A DNA stretch of 64,000 nt from Candidatus Spongiisociaceae bacterium (GTDB lineage: Bacteria; Actinomycetota; Acidimicrobiia; Spongiisociales; Spongiisociaceae): contig OZ241841.1 of assembly GCA_965202665.1 (NCBI GenBank), forward strand, positions 2,112,001 through 2,176,000. The letters run 5' to 3'. The notes beneath the pieces are model-generated. The model did not search any database, was not told the origin of the DNA, and saw nothing but the letters and a program-made list of their open reading frames with translations. The translations under genes and the position numbers were made by a program. Within the stretch, counting starts at the first letter, position 1. Each line of letters starts with the position of its first letter. Below, piece after piece: positions 30,371 to 38,737 of this stretch.

Positions 30371-30429
30371 CGACAAAAGGTCGGAAAACAACCGACAAAT
30401 TGTCGGTTTATTTTGAAAGGTAGTATAGT
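30371..30429 (+). promoter_or_regulatory. Tandem palindromic operator overlapping a putative promoter
   Basis: CGAC-N5-GTCG at 30371 and 30393; AACCGACAA-A-TTGTCGGTT 30390-30408; TTGTCG-N18-TATAGT. Confidence 0.5.
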
Positions 30430-30442
30430 GGAATATAGGGAA

Positions 30443-30480
30443 GGCTGGGGGCGGTGTTTTACGGGTTGCCGCCCCCAGCC
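30443..30480. terminator. Perfect 12-bp GC hairpin
   Basis: ggctgggggcgg / ccgcccccagcc. Confidence 0.6.
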
Positions 30481-30524
30481 CGGTTGTTGCCTTTTGCCTG
30501 CCTGGAATCAGGCTAGGGCAACAT

Positions 30525-30602
30525 CTAGCGGACGCCGGAGATCAGAAACCTGACCGACTCCAGATCGACATCGTTCAAGTTTGCCTTGAAGGTGGCGGTC
30601 AT
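30525..30602 (-). CDS. Putative 25-aa small protein MTATFKANLNDVDLESVRFLISGVR
   Basis: Upstream consensus promoter and purine-rich leader AGGGAAAGGGA; downstream hairpins. Confidence 0.4.
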   Translation of the reverse strand: MTATFKANLNDVDLESVRFLISGVR

Positions 30603-30620
30603 AATCTTATCCCTTTCCCT

Positions 30621-30649
30621 ATTATATATAAGTAATACATTTGAGGCAA
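30621..30649 (-). promoter_or_regulatory. Sigma70-type promoter
   Basis: TTGCCT-N17-TATAAT on minus strand. Confidence 0.65.
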
Positions 30650-30665
30650 ATCGCCTGTGGCAACC

Positions 30666-30984
30666 CTACTCGGCCGGGTGCGACAAAACGGGGACAACAA
30701 GATGTTTGATGGCGGTGGTGTCCGAGATGGTTCCTGGCCGGGAGTTTGGGGCAGCGTTATATGGTCGTCCGTTATCGGCAGGAAGGGCGGGCTGGGGTTT
30801 CTCGCAGGGGGCTGGGGTTGGTGTCCACTTCCAGCAGACCTCCGCCCGCCGCGGCCGCTAGCCAATCGGTCATCGTTCCGAACGAGGTGAGCACCGGCCC
30901 GCGCAATCGGTGCTCGGAACGCCTGCGTCGTCACTTTTGCACACCGCCAGGCTCCAGCCGCCCGCCGGGAGTAAATTCCCCTCC
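30666..30984 (-). pseudogene. Internally deleted, frameshifted copy of the enolase-superfamily gene at 32975-34150
   Basis: 30666-~30862 aligns by eye to 32975-~33173 and ~30865-30984 to ~34035-34148; about 0.85 kb missing. Confidence 0.85.
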
Positions 30985-31053
30985 TCGGCCAAATCCCCCT
31001 TGGGATGGAATCAGGTAGGAAGCAGGCGAGCCGCCCAGATGGCTAGCCAGGAT

Positions 31054-31081
31054 TTGCCTTTACCATTTAGTGTGGTATAAT
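31054..31081 (+). promoter_or_regulatory. Extended -10 promoter, probably leaderless, for stand-alone tcmP
   Basis: TTGCCT 31054-31059; TGGTATAAT 31073-31081; ATG at 31088 with no SD. Confidence 0.6.
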
Positions 31082-31087
31082 GAGCGT

Positions 31088-32224
31088 ATGGACAGTGTAA
31101 CTTGGCCAATTAAACCTCATACCAAAGCTAAGCATGAGCTCCTTCGTAGGTATCTCGGAGCTTGGTTTCCTATTATGTACGAGGGCAACGAGAGAATTAT
31201 ATATCTTGATGCTTTTGCTGGTCCTGGTGTTTACACGGGCGATGAGCCAGGGTCGCCTTTGATTGCACTGGAAACACTTGTTAATCATAGTTCATTTTCA
31301 AAGATGGGTGGAACAGAATTCTTATTTGCATTTATAGAAAAGGATAAATTAAAGTGTCAAAGGCTAGAGCAAGAAATAGAAACCTTTTGGCAAAAACAAG
31401 GAAAAAATAAGACCTCGAACATCAAAATTGCGGTGCTGAACGACGAATTTGAGAATATTGCTCAGGATGTTCTTAATATCCTTGAATCTGACAATGCAAT
31501 TTTAGCACCTACCTTTGCTTTTGTTGATCCTTTTGGCTGGTCCGGTATGACTTTAGAATTGATGACGAAATTCCTTTCTTTCAGAAAATGTGAAATTCTA
31601 GTTAACTTTATGGTTGAAGATATTTCCCGGTTCCTAGATAAAGAAAATACACAAAAATCTTTGCTAGACTGTTTTGGTACAGATAGATATAGAGATTTTG
31701 TTTCTCTATCTGGCGATGAAAGGATAGAATCTTTAAGAGATTTATTTGTTGATCAGTTAAGAGAAAAAGGTTCCTTCAAATACGTAACGCCATTTAAAAT
31801 GGTTAATAATAGAGGTAAGACCAAGTATTTTTTGATTCACGGCACTCGTAGTATAACAGGGCTTCGAGCAATGAAGGATGCAATGTGGAAGTTGGATCCG
31901 ACCGGTAACTATCAATTCGAGGCAAAGTGGAGGGGAAGGCAAGTGCTTTTTGGTTCTGATATTATTCAAGATCTCAAAAAAGCGATTTTTGAAAAATTTA
32001 AAGGAAGAGAGGTATTTATTTCTGATATAGAGGAATTCGTATTAACGGATACTCCTTATACTATAAAGCATGTCCGACAACATTTGAAAGAGATGGAAGA
32101 TGAAGGAATAATATCAGTGCCCGGTAGATCTGCACATTTATCGGTACAGGCGACTTTGGAAGGAATGGAAGATCAAAAAAGGAAAACATATCCGCCTGGT
32201 ACCAAAATTGATTTCTCTGAATAG
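31088..32224 (+). CDS. tcmP: Three-Cys-motif partner protein TcmP (methyltransferase-like + wHTH)
   Basis: HTKAKHELLRRYLGAW, YLDAFAGPG, GSPLIA, FVDPFG, YFLIHGTRS...MKDAMWKLDP; convergent with DUF5131. Confidence 0.85.
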   Translation: MDSVTWPIKPHTKAKHELLRRYLGAWFPIMYEGNERIIYLDAFAGPGVYTGDEPGSPLIALETLVNHSSFSKMGGTEFLFAFIEKDKLKCQRLEQEIETFWQKQGKNKTSNIKIAVLNDEFENIAQDVLNILESDNAILAPTFAFVDPFGWSGMTLELMTKFLSFRKCEILVNFMVEDISRFLDKENTQKSLLDCFGTDRYRDFVSLSGDERIESLRDLFVDQLREKGSFKYVTPFKMVNNRGKTKYFLIHGTRSITGLRAMKDAMWKLDPTGNYQFEAKWRGRQVLFGSDIIQDLKKAIFEKFKGREVFISDIEEFVLTDTPYTIKHVRQHLKEMEDEGIISVPGRSAHLSVQATLEGMEDQKRKTYPPGTKIDFSE

Positions 32225-32234
32225 GTGATGATAT

Positions 32235-32942
32235 TTAATAGTTTGGAAAACCATTCCAAGTAATGCCATCTAGGGTTCGGCCACCTGCTTTGGGGGTGTT
32301 ACCGCCCCATTGTTTGAAGAAAAATGGGATTTCTGCTTTTTGAGAAAGGTCTCGGAGATTACGTACCCAATCAATCTCTATGGGCCGGTGGCCTGGGCCG
32401 GACTCGCCACCTGCTATTACCCATTGGATATTGTTTAGGTCGAGAGAGGGGAGGGGCCCTAGCAGAGGTTCGCAGGAAAGAAACCTTATACAGGCGTTTA
32501 TCATACGTAAGTAGTTCGCTCGAAAGGTGTATTGATCGTTTTCTATACTTGTTCCCATCCATATATGCGGAGGTAGTTGCGTGCCATTTAGATGTTTTGC
32601 CGCTCTTTGAGGACGCTTGGTTAAAACCTGAAAAGTGTGCTGTGATGCCCTTGCCATCGTATCAAATACTCCGTCAATGAAGTCGTCCGGCACCTCGGGA
32701 TGGAAAAGATCGCTCATAGAGTTTACGAATACAAGTCGAGGGCGCATCCAGCGGAGCGGTTCCCCGATTTTGTCCCAGTGGAGCGTGACGCGGAAGCCGT
32801 TGATATAGCGTTTGTTGCCCATTGCCTGCAGACGGGCGGCCAGCCTCTCCGCGTAGCAGTTATCGCACCCAGGCGAGACGGAGTCGCACCCGGTTACGGG
32901 GTTCCAAGTTTCCTCGGTCCATTCGATATTTGACTTGCCCAT
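32235..32942 (-). CDS. DUF5131 / phage Gp37-Gp68 family three-Cys (radical-SAM-like) protein
   Basis: SNIEWTEETWNPVTGCDSVSPGCDNCYAE, FVNSMSDLFH, QVLTKRP, FLSCEPLLG, GGESG, FFFKQWGG. Confidence 0.92.
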   Translation of the reverse strand: MGKSNIEWTEETWNPVTGCDSVSPGCDNCYAERLAARLQAMGNKRYINGFRVTLHWDKIGEPLRWMRPRLVFVNSMSDLFHPEVPDDFIDGVFDTMARASQHTFQVLTKRPQRAAKHLNGTQLPPHIWMGTSIENDQYTFRANYLRMINACIRFLSCEPLLGPLPSLDLNNIQWVIAGGESGPGHRPIEIDWVRNLRDLSQKAEIPFFFKQWGGNTPKAGGRTLDGITWNGFPNY

Positions 32943-32974
32943 AGGTTTCCCTTCTTTCGGCTTTCTCAGCAAGC

Positions 32975-34150
32975 CTACTCAGCCGGGTGTGACAAAACGG
33001 GGATGCCGAGATGTTTGACGGCGACGGTGTCCGGGGTGGTTCCTAGGCCGGGGGTTTGGGGTAGATTCATTTGGCCCTTCTTTATTGTTGGGAAGGGGCG
33101 GGCTAGGGCTTCTCGCAGGGGGTTGGGGTTGGCGTCTATTTCCAGCAGGCCGTCGCCGCCTGTTGCGGCTAGCAGGTGGGCGGAGGCCAGCAACCCTATT
33201 CCGCCGCCCAGGTAGTGGGGGTAGAACCGTTTGCCTGCGGCCAAAATGCGGCGGGCCAGCGGCAGGCCCCCTGAAAAGCCGCCCCATTTGGTTATGTCCG
33301 GCTGGATGATATCCAGCGCGCCGGTTTCCAAAGCGGCCGCAAACTCCGCTTCGCCCCGCAGGTTCTCGCCTCCCGCCAAAGGGAGGGGCGACTCCTCCGC
33401 CAGCCGCCGCCAGTCCTCCGGGGGGCTGTCGGCCGGGATGGGCTCCTCCAGCCAGGCGACGCCGAACCCGTCCAACCGGTTGCTCATCCGGGCCGCCTCC
33501 TCCGCCGGCCACGCCCCGTTGGCGTCCGCCGCTATCACCGCCTCCGGCCCCAAACCTTCCCGCAACTGCCGCAGATTGGCCTCATCAACCTCCCAGCCGA
33601 AACCCACCTTCAACTTGAACGCCCCGAACCCCCCGGCCCGCCGCGCCTCCTCCGCCAAAGCCAGCGGCTCCTCCGGCCCCAGGCCGCTGGCGTAGCCTTC
33701 CACCGACCCCTCGCCCGCGCCGCCCAGGAACTTCCACAACGGTACCCCCGCCCGGCGCGCCGCCGCGTCCCACAGCGCGATGTCCACTCCGGCGATGGCC
33801 TGCGCCAGCGGCCCGGGCTCCCCCGACTGCACCGCCAACAGCCGGGCCCGCTCCGTCAAATGCGCAAACGCCTCCCGCGGCCCGGCCCATTCCCGCCCGG
33901 CCGTCAAAGGCCCCAGGAAAGATTCGATCAACCGGGCCCGGTGCTCGGCCCCCACCGCCGGAAAGTTGCACCACGCCTCCCCGAACCCCCGCACTCCGTC
34001 CTCATCCTCCACGCACACCGCCACCGCCGGCCGGTCGGTCATCGTTCCGAACGAGGTGCGCACCGGCCGCGCAATCGGCGCCCGGAACACCTGCGCCGTC
34101 ACTTTGCGCACCGCCAGGCCCCCGCCGCCGGGGGTAAAGTTCCCCTCCAT
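32975..34150 (-). CDS. Mandelate racemase/muconate lactonizing (enolase superfamily) enzyme
   Basis: GFGEAW, AGVDIALWD, FKLKVG, ADAN, WLEEP, GGEN, QPDITKWGG, YPH; start could alternatively be a GTG near 34111. Confidence 0.9.
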   Translation of the reverse strand: MEGNFTPGGGGLAVRKVTAQVFRAPIARPVRTSFGTMTDRPAVAVCVEDEDGVRGFGEAWCNFPAVGAEHRARLIESFLGPLTAGREWAGPREAFAHLTERARLLAVQSGEPGPLAQAIAGVDIALWDAAARRAGVPLWKFLGGAGEGSVEGYASGLGPEEPLALAEEARRAGGFGAFKLKVGFGWEVDEANLRQLREGLGPEAVIAADANGAWPAEEAARMSNRLDGFGVAWLEEPIPADSPPEDWRRLAEESPLPLAGGENLRGEAEFAAALETGALDIIQPDITKWGGFSGGLPLARRILAAGKRFYPHYLGGGIGLLASAHLLAATGGDGLLEIDANPNPLREALARPFPTIKKGQMNLPQTPGLGTTPDTVAVKHLGIPVLSHPAE

Positions 34151-36398
34151 GGAAACCCAACATACCAACCTCCCGCCCTCCCAGGGCGAACCGGAATTCC
34201 CGGGGGTGATCGGCCCCGACTTCCGCACCTCCACCCCCTGGTGGCCGCAACCTGAAAACGACGCCCGCGGCAAACCGGACATTCTGCTGGTGGTGTTGGA
34301 CGATGTGGGCTTCGCCGGACTGGGCTGCTACGGGGCGGAAATCGACACCCCGGTCATAGACGGCCTGGCCGAACAGGGCCTGCGCTTCAACGATTTCAAC
34401 GTCACCCCGCTCTGCTCGCCCACCCGGGCCTGCCTGCTCACCGGACGCAACCATCACAGCGTGGGAATGGCCTACCTGTCCAACGTGGACTCCGGCTTCC
34501 CCGGCTACCGGGGGCGGGTAACCGAATCGGCCGCCACCCTGGCCGAAGTGCTGCAGCACGCCGGATACGCCACTTTGGCCATCGGCAAATGGCATCTGGC
34601 CCCGCTGGAGGAAACCACCGCCGCCGGCCCCTACGATCAGTGGCCGCTGGGCCGGGGCTTCGGGCGCTACTACGGGTTCTTGGACGCCCTCACCGACCAT
34701 TTTTACCCGGACGTGGTGGAAGACAATCACCGAGTGGACCCGCCGGGCCGCCCCGAAGAAGGCTACCACCTCACCGAAGACCTCATCGACCGCGCCATCT
34801 CCTACATCCGGGATCAGGTTTCGGTCAAACCGGAGCAGCCCATCTTCACCTACATCGCCTTCGGGACCGCCCACTGCCCCCACCAGGCCCCCCAAAAATA
34901 CTTGGACAAATACCGGGGACGCTACCGGGAAGGGTGGGACGTGATTCGCCGCCGCCGCTTCGAACGTCAGAAGCAGATGGGGATCATCCCCCCCGACGCC
35001 CGCTTGGCCCCCCTCAACCCGGGCGTTCAAGAATGGGCGGACCTGACCGCCGACCAGCAACGGCTGTTCGCCCGTTTCCAGGAGGCCTACGCGGCCATGC
35101 TGGACCACACCGACGCCCAAATGGGGCGGCTGGTCGATTTCCTCCGCTCCATCGGGCGGATGGACGACACCATCGCGGTGGTGCTGTCCGACAACGGGGC
35201 CAGCCAGGAAGGGGGTCCGGACGGGGGAGCGGACATCGTCACCTACGAGGAGGACCGGTTCTGCAGCGTGGAATTCAACTTGGAGCGGTTCGACTCCATC
35301 GGCGGCCCCCATTCGCAGACCAACATTCCCTGGGGATGGGCGCAGGCGGCCAACACCCCTTTGCGCTGGTACAAGCAGAACACGTACGCCGGGGGGGTGC
35401 GCACCCCCCTGGTCATCGCCTGGCCGCGGGGGATAACCGACCCGGGGGCGGTCCGTTCCCGGTTCGTGCACGCCATCGACATCGCCCCCACCCTGCTGGA
35501 TCTGGCCGGGGTGGAACCGCAGCCCTCCTACAACGGGGTGGAGCAGATGCCCTACCACGGGGACACCATCCGCCCCGTTTTGGAAAACCCGGACGCCCCC
35601 CCGTCCCGGGAAAGCCAGTATTTTGAGATGATCGGCCATCGGGCCATCTGGCGCAACGGATGGAAAGCCCTCACCCGCCACCGCCGCAATGAGCCGTTCG
35701 CCGACGACCCGTGGGAGCTGTACCACATCGACTCCGACTTCTCCGAATGCGAAGACCTGGCCGGCCGCCACCCCGGCCGCCTGCGGGAAATGGCCGAATT
35801 GTGGGAGGAGGAGGCGGCCAAATATTCGGTGTTGCCGCTGGACGACCGCTACCTGGCGGTGCGGGCCTCCTCTTTCCAAACCCCCGGTTCGCCCCGGGCC
35901 CGCGACTCTTTCACCTACCTGGGCGGGTCGTCCCGCGTCCCCGGCGGGGTAACCCCCCTGATTTTCAACCGTTCCTTCTCCATCACCGCCCGCATCGCCC
36001 CCGCCCGCCCCGCCGAAGAGGGGGTTTTGACGGCGACCGGGGATGTGAGCGGCGGCTACGCCCTGTACGTCAAAGATGCCCGGCTCACATTTGAATACCA
36101 CTATTTGGGGCGCCGCCAAATCCTCGCCTCCCCGGTCCCGGTTCCCCCCGGAACCCGCCGTTTGGCTTTCCGGTTCGAGCGCGACGGCGACTTCCAAGGA
36201 AAAGGCTTTTTGGAAGCCGACGACCGGGTTTTGGCCGAGGGGGACATGGACGACATGGCCCGGGGGATGATCTCGTGGGGGTCGTTGAGCGTGGGCGCCG
36301 ACACCCTGTCCCCGGCCGGTTCCGGCTATGCGGGGGAGTTCCCGTTCACCGGCCAAGTGGAGCGGGTGGACTTCCAACTGCAGCCGCCCCCCGCCTGA
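34149..36398 (+). CDS. Arylsulfatase (formylglycine type, Cys)
   Basis: VLDDVG, CSPTRACLLTGRNHH, GKWHL, SDNGASQEGG, ANTPLRWYK, WELY. Confidence 0.93.
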   Translation: METQHTNLPPSQGEPEFPGVIGPDFRTSTPWWPQPENDARGKPDILLVVLDDVGFAGLGCYGAEIDTPVIDGLAEQGLRFNDFNVTPLCSPTRACLLTGRNHHSVGMAYLSNVDSGFPGYRGRVTESAATLAEVLQHAGYATLAIGKWHLAPLEETTAAGPYDQWPLGRGFGRYYGFLDALTDHFYPDVVEDNHRVDPPGRPEEGYHLTEDLIDRAISYIRDQVSVKPEQPIFTYIAFGTAHCPHQAPQKYLDKYRGRYREGWDVIRRRRFERQKQMGIIPPDARLAPLNPGVQEWADLTADQQRLFARFQEAYAAMLDHTDAQMGRLVDFLRSIGRMDDTIAVVLSDNGASQEGGPDGGADIVTYEEDRFCSVEFNLERFDSIGGPHSQTNIPWGWAQAANTPLRWYKQNTYAGGVRTPLVIAWPRGITDPGAVRSRFVHAIDIAPTLLDLAGVEPQPSYNGVEQMPYHGDTIRPVLENPDAPPSRESQYFEMIGHRAIWRNGWKALTRHRRNEPFADDPWELYHIDSDFSECEDLAGRHPGRLREMAELWEEEAAKYSVLPLDDRYLAVRASSFQTPGSPRARDSFTYLGGSSRVPGGVTPLIFNRSFSITARIAPARPAEEGVLTATGDVSGGYALYVKDARLTFEYHYLGRRQILASPVPVPPGTRRLAFRFERDGDFQGKGFLEADDRVLAEGDMDDMARGMISWGSLSVGADTLSPAGSGYAGEFPFTGQVERVDFQLQPPPA

Positions 36399-36529
36399 CC
36401 CCGTTCAAACGAAATTCCCCGACGGGGGCCGCTCCGCAGCGTTTGCCCCGCGACCCGCGCCCCCGCGTCTCCTCGGAAACATTTTTTCCGGTTTGGGCGG
36501 CGCCCGGTCCGCAACCCGGCTAACTTCGG

Positions 36530-36557
36530 TTGCGCAAAAGCTCATGAGCATGTGCAA
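36530..36557. promoter_or_regulatory. Palindromic operator before SorC-family regulator
   Basis: TTGCGCAAAA-GCTCATGAGC-ATGTGCAA; reverse complement TTTTGCGCAA recurs at 47241-47250 upstream of the ABC SBP gene. Confidence 0.45.
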
Positions 36558-37541
36558 ATGATACGTTCGCCCGCGGTCCGGGAACGGGAGATAGACCTCC
36601 CGTTGCCCCGCCATCGCCTATGCGCCCGCATCGCCCGTCTCTACTACGAGTCGGAGATGACGCAGGAGCAAATCGGGGAGGCGTTGGGCATTTCCCGCAT
36701 GAAAGTGAACCGCATGCTCAGCCTGGCCCGCCGCACCGGGGTGGTGCGTTTCCAGGTTACCGGGCCGGAAGAACCCTTCGCCGCCCTGCAACACGACCTG
36801 CTTACCTCCCGCCGTCTGCGGGATGTGCGGGTTACGGCCACCCCGCCTTCCCGTTCCGCCTTGCGCGCCTCGTTGGCCGCCGGCGCGGCCGACTGGCTCG
36901 CGGAGCAACTGCGCCCCGGCCTGGTGGCGGGGGTGGGCCTGGGACGGACCGTGTCCCTCATCCCCGGGACTTTCCGCACCGACCGCCCCATCCCATGCAC
37001 TTTCATCACCGTGGAAGGGGTGGGTGCCTCCCCCAAGGCCGGGTTCGCGGCCTACAACGTGACCAGCCGGTTGGCGGACGCGGCGGGGGCCGCTTCGGAG
37101 ATCATCACCGCCCCCACTTTCGTCAGCGAACCGGCCACCCGCGACGTCCTGTTGGCCGAACCGGCGGTGCGGGCCTCCCTGGAACGGGCCCGCCGCGCCG
37201 ACCTGGTCATCCAAAGCGTGGGCACGGTGGACCAAGACGCCCTGCTTTACCGGCACGGCGCCCTGGACGACCGGGACCTGCGGCGGCTGCAGGAGGCGGG
37301 GGCGGTGGGCGACGCCCTCGGCCATTTCTTCGACCAGGAGGGCCGCCACGTTCCCTGGCCCACCGACGACATTCACATCGGCCTCACTTTGGAGGACCTG
37401 CGCCGCCTGCCGACCAGCGCCCTGGTGGCGGGGGGGCGGGACAAGGCCCGCGTCATCCGGGCGGCCCTGCGGGGCGGATATTTCAACGCGCTGATCACCG
37501 ACGCCGACACCGCCCGCCTGTTGCTGGAGACGGGCCCGTGA
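36558..37541 (+). CDS. SorC/DeoR family sugar-binding transcriptional regulator
   Basis: ARLYYESEMTQEQIGEALGISRMKVNRML HTH; GVGLGRTV, AVGDALGHFFD, AGGRDK, LITD. Confidence 0.9.
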   Translation: MIRSPAVREREIDLPLPRHRLCARIARLYYESEMTQEQIGEALGISRMKVNRMLSLARRTGVVRFQVTGPEEPFAALQHDLLTSRRLRDVRVTATPPSRSALRASLAAGAADWLAEQLRPGLVAGVGLGRTVSLIPGTFRTDRPIPCTFITVEGVGASPKAGFAAYNVTSRLADAAGAASEIITAPTFVSEPATRDVLLAEPAVRASLERARRADLVIQSVGTVDQDALLYRHGALDDRDLRRLQEAGAVGDALGHFFDQEGRHVPWPTDDIHIGLTLEDLRRLPTSALVAGGRDKARVIRAALRGGYFNALITDADTARLLLETGP

Positions 37542-38737
37542 GCGGGGAGGCGCTGGTGGTCGGCGTGGGGATGACCCCTTTCCGGGGCTTCCGGGAGGAC
37601 GCCAGTCTGCGGGACATGGCGGCCGAGGCGGCGCGGGCCGCCCTGCGGGACGCCGGAACGGGGCCGGAGCACATCGACTTGGCGGTCATAGCCTGCGAAA
37701 GCGACCATTTCAACCGCCAGTTGAGCCCCGGCCAGATCCTGTTGGAAACGGCCGGGCTGGTGGGCAAAGCGGCGTTGCGGGTGGAGGGGGGTGGGGCCAC
37801 CGGGGCTTTGGCGGTGCAGGCCGCGGCGGGGGCGGTGGCCGCCGGGCGGGCCCGTTCCGCTTTGGCGCTGGGGGCGGAAACCAACGGACGGGGGGTGGAC
37901 CGCCCCACCGCGGTGGAGATTCTGGCCATGTCCGCCGACCTGGAATGGGAGACCCCGGTGTTCGGAACTTTCGCCGCCCCTTACGCCCTGATGATCAAAG
38001 AACACATGCGCCGTTACGGAACCACCCCCGACCAGTTCGCCCGCATCGCGGTCAAAAACCGCCGCGCCGCCCTCCACAACCCTTTGGCCCACAAAGGAAT
38101 GTCCCTCACCGTGCCGGAGGTGCGCAACTCTCCGCCCCTGGCCGGCCCCTACCGCCTGTACGACGCCAGCCCGCTCAGCGACGGGGCGGCGGCGGCGGTG
38201 CTGGCCGACGAAGAGTGGGCCCGGTCGCACAGCGCCACTTTCGGCCAGCGCCCGCCGGTGGCGGTGCGGGGGATGGGATGCGCCTCCGACCATCCCCGGC
38301 TGGCCGACCGCCCCGCGGAAATGTTCCCCCATTTTGCGGCCAAGCGCCGGGCGGCCCGCCGGGCTTTTCGGGAGGCGGGCATAGACGACCCGGCCCGCCA
38401 GATCGACGTGGCCGAAGTGTACGATTCGTTCAGCGGGGCGGAGTTGCAGGCCTACGAGGATCTGGGGTTGTGCGGGGAGGGGGAGGGGGGCCGGGCGGCC
38501 GGGGAGGGCCGGTTCGAACTGGGCGGCCCGCTTCCGGTCAACCCGTCCGGGGGTTTGCTGGGACGGGGGTCGGCGGTGGGGGCCACCGGCATCGCCCAGG
38601 CGGTGGAAGTGGTTTCCCAGTTGCGGGGGGAAGTGGAGGGGGAGCGGGCGGTGGCGGGGGCCCGAATCGGAGTGACCGACGCCCACGCCGGGGTGGGTTC
38701 CCTGTGCGCGGTCAACGTGTTCGGCAGGGCCGCCTGA
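37538..38737 (+). CDS. Thiolase-fold (SCP-x type) protein lacking canonical catalytic Cys/His
   Basis: GTG overlaps regulator stop; GVGMTPF, RVEGGGATG, VKNR, SDGAAA, AEVYDSF, NPSGGLLGRGSAVGATG. Confidence 0.85.
   Translation: MSGEALVVGVGMTPFRGFREDASLRDMAAEAARAALRDAGTGPEHIDLAVIACESDHFNRQLSPGQILLETAGLVGKAALRVEGGGATGALAVQAAAGAVAAGRARSALALGAETNGRGVDRPTAVEILAMSADLEWETPVFGTFAAPYALMIKEHMRRYGTTPDQFARIAVKNRRAALHNPLAHKGMSLTVPEVRNSPPLAGPYRLYDASPLSDGAAAAVLADEEWARSHSATFGQRPPVAVRGMGCASDHPRLADRPAEMFPHFAAKRRAARRAFREAGIDDPARQIDVAEVYDSFSGAELQAYEDLGLCGEGEGGRAAGEGRFELGGPLPVNPSGGLLGRGSAVGATGIAQAVEVVSQLRGEVEGERAVAGARIGVTDAHAGVGSLCAVNVFGRAA

Larger units (their letters stand above)
26812..34150. other. tRNA-adjacent accessory island with internal duplication (no integrase visible)
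   Basis: Begins right after tRNA-fMet; AT-rich blocks at ~28.8-29.9 and ~31.1-32.7 kb; duplicated and decayed genes. Confidence 0.6.

Noticed and set aside
26812-34150. Prophage or integrative element at tRNA-fMet
   Set aside because: No integrase, transposase or structural genes, and I found no repeat of the tRNA 3' end (attR); DUF5131 alone is not evidence of a phage
33780-34282. N-terminal extensions of the sulfatase (from 33780) and enolase (from 34282) in the ORF track
   Set aside because: They run through the coding region of the opposite gene; family-like sequence begins only near 34149/34150
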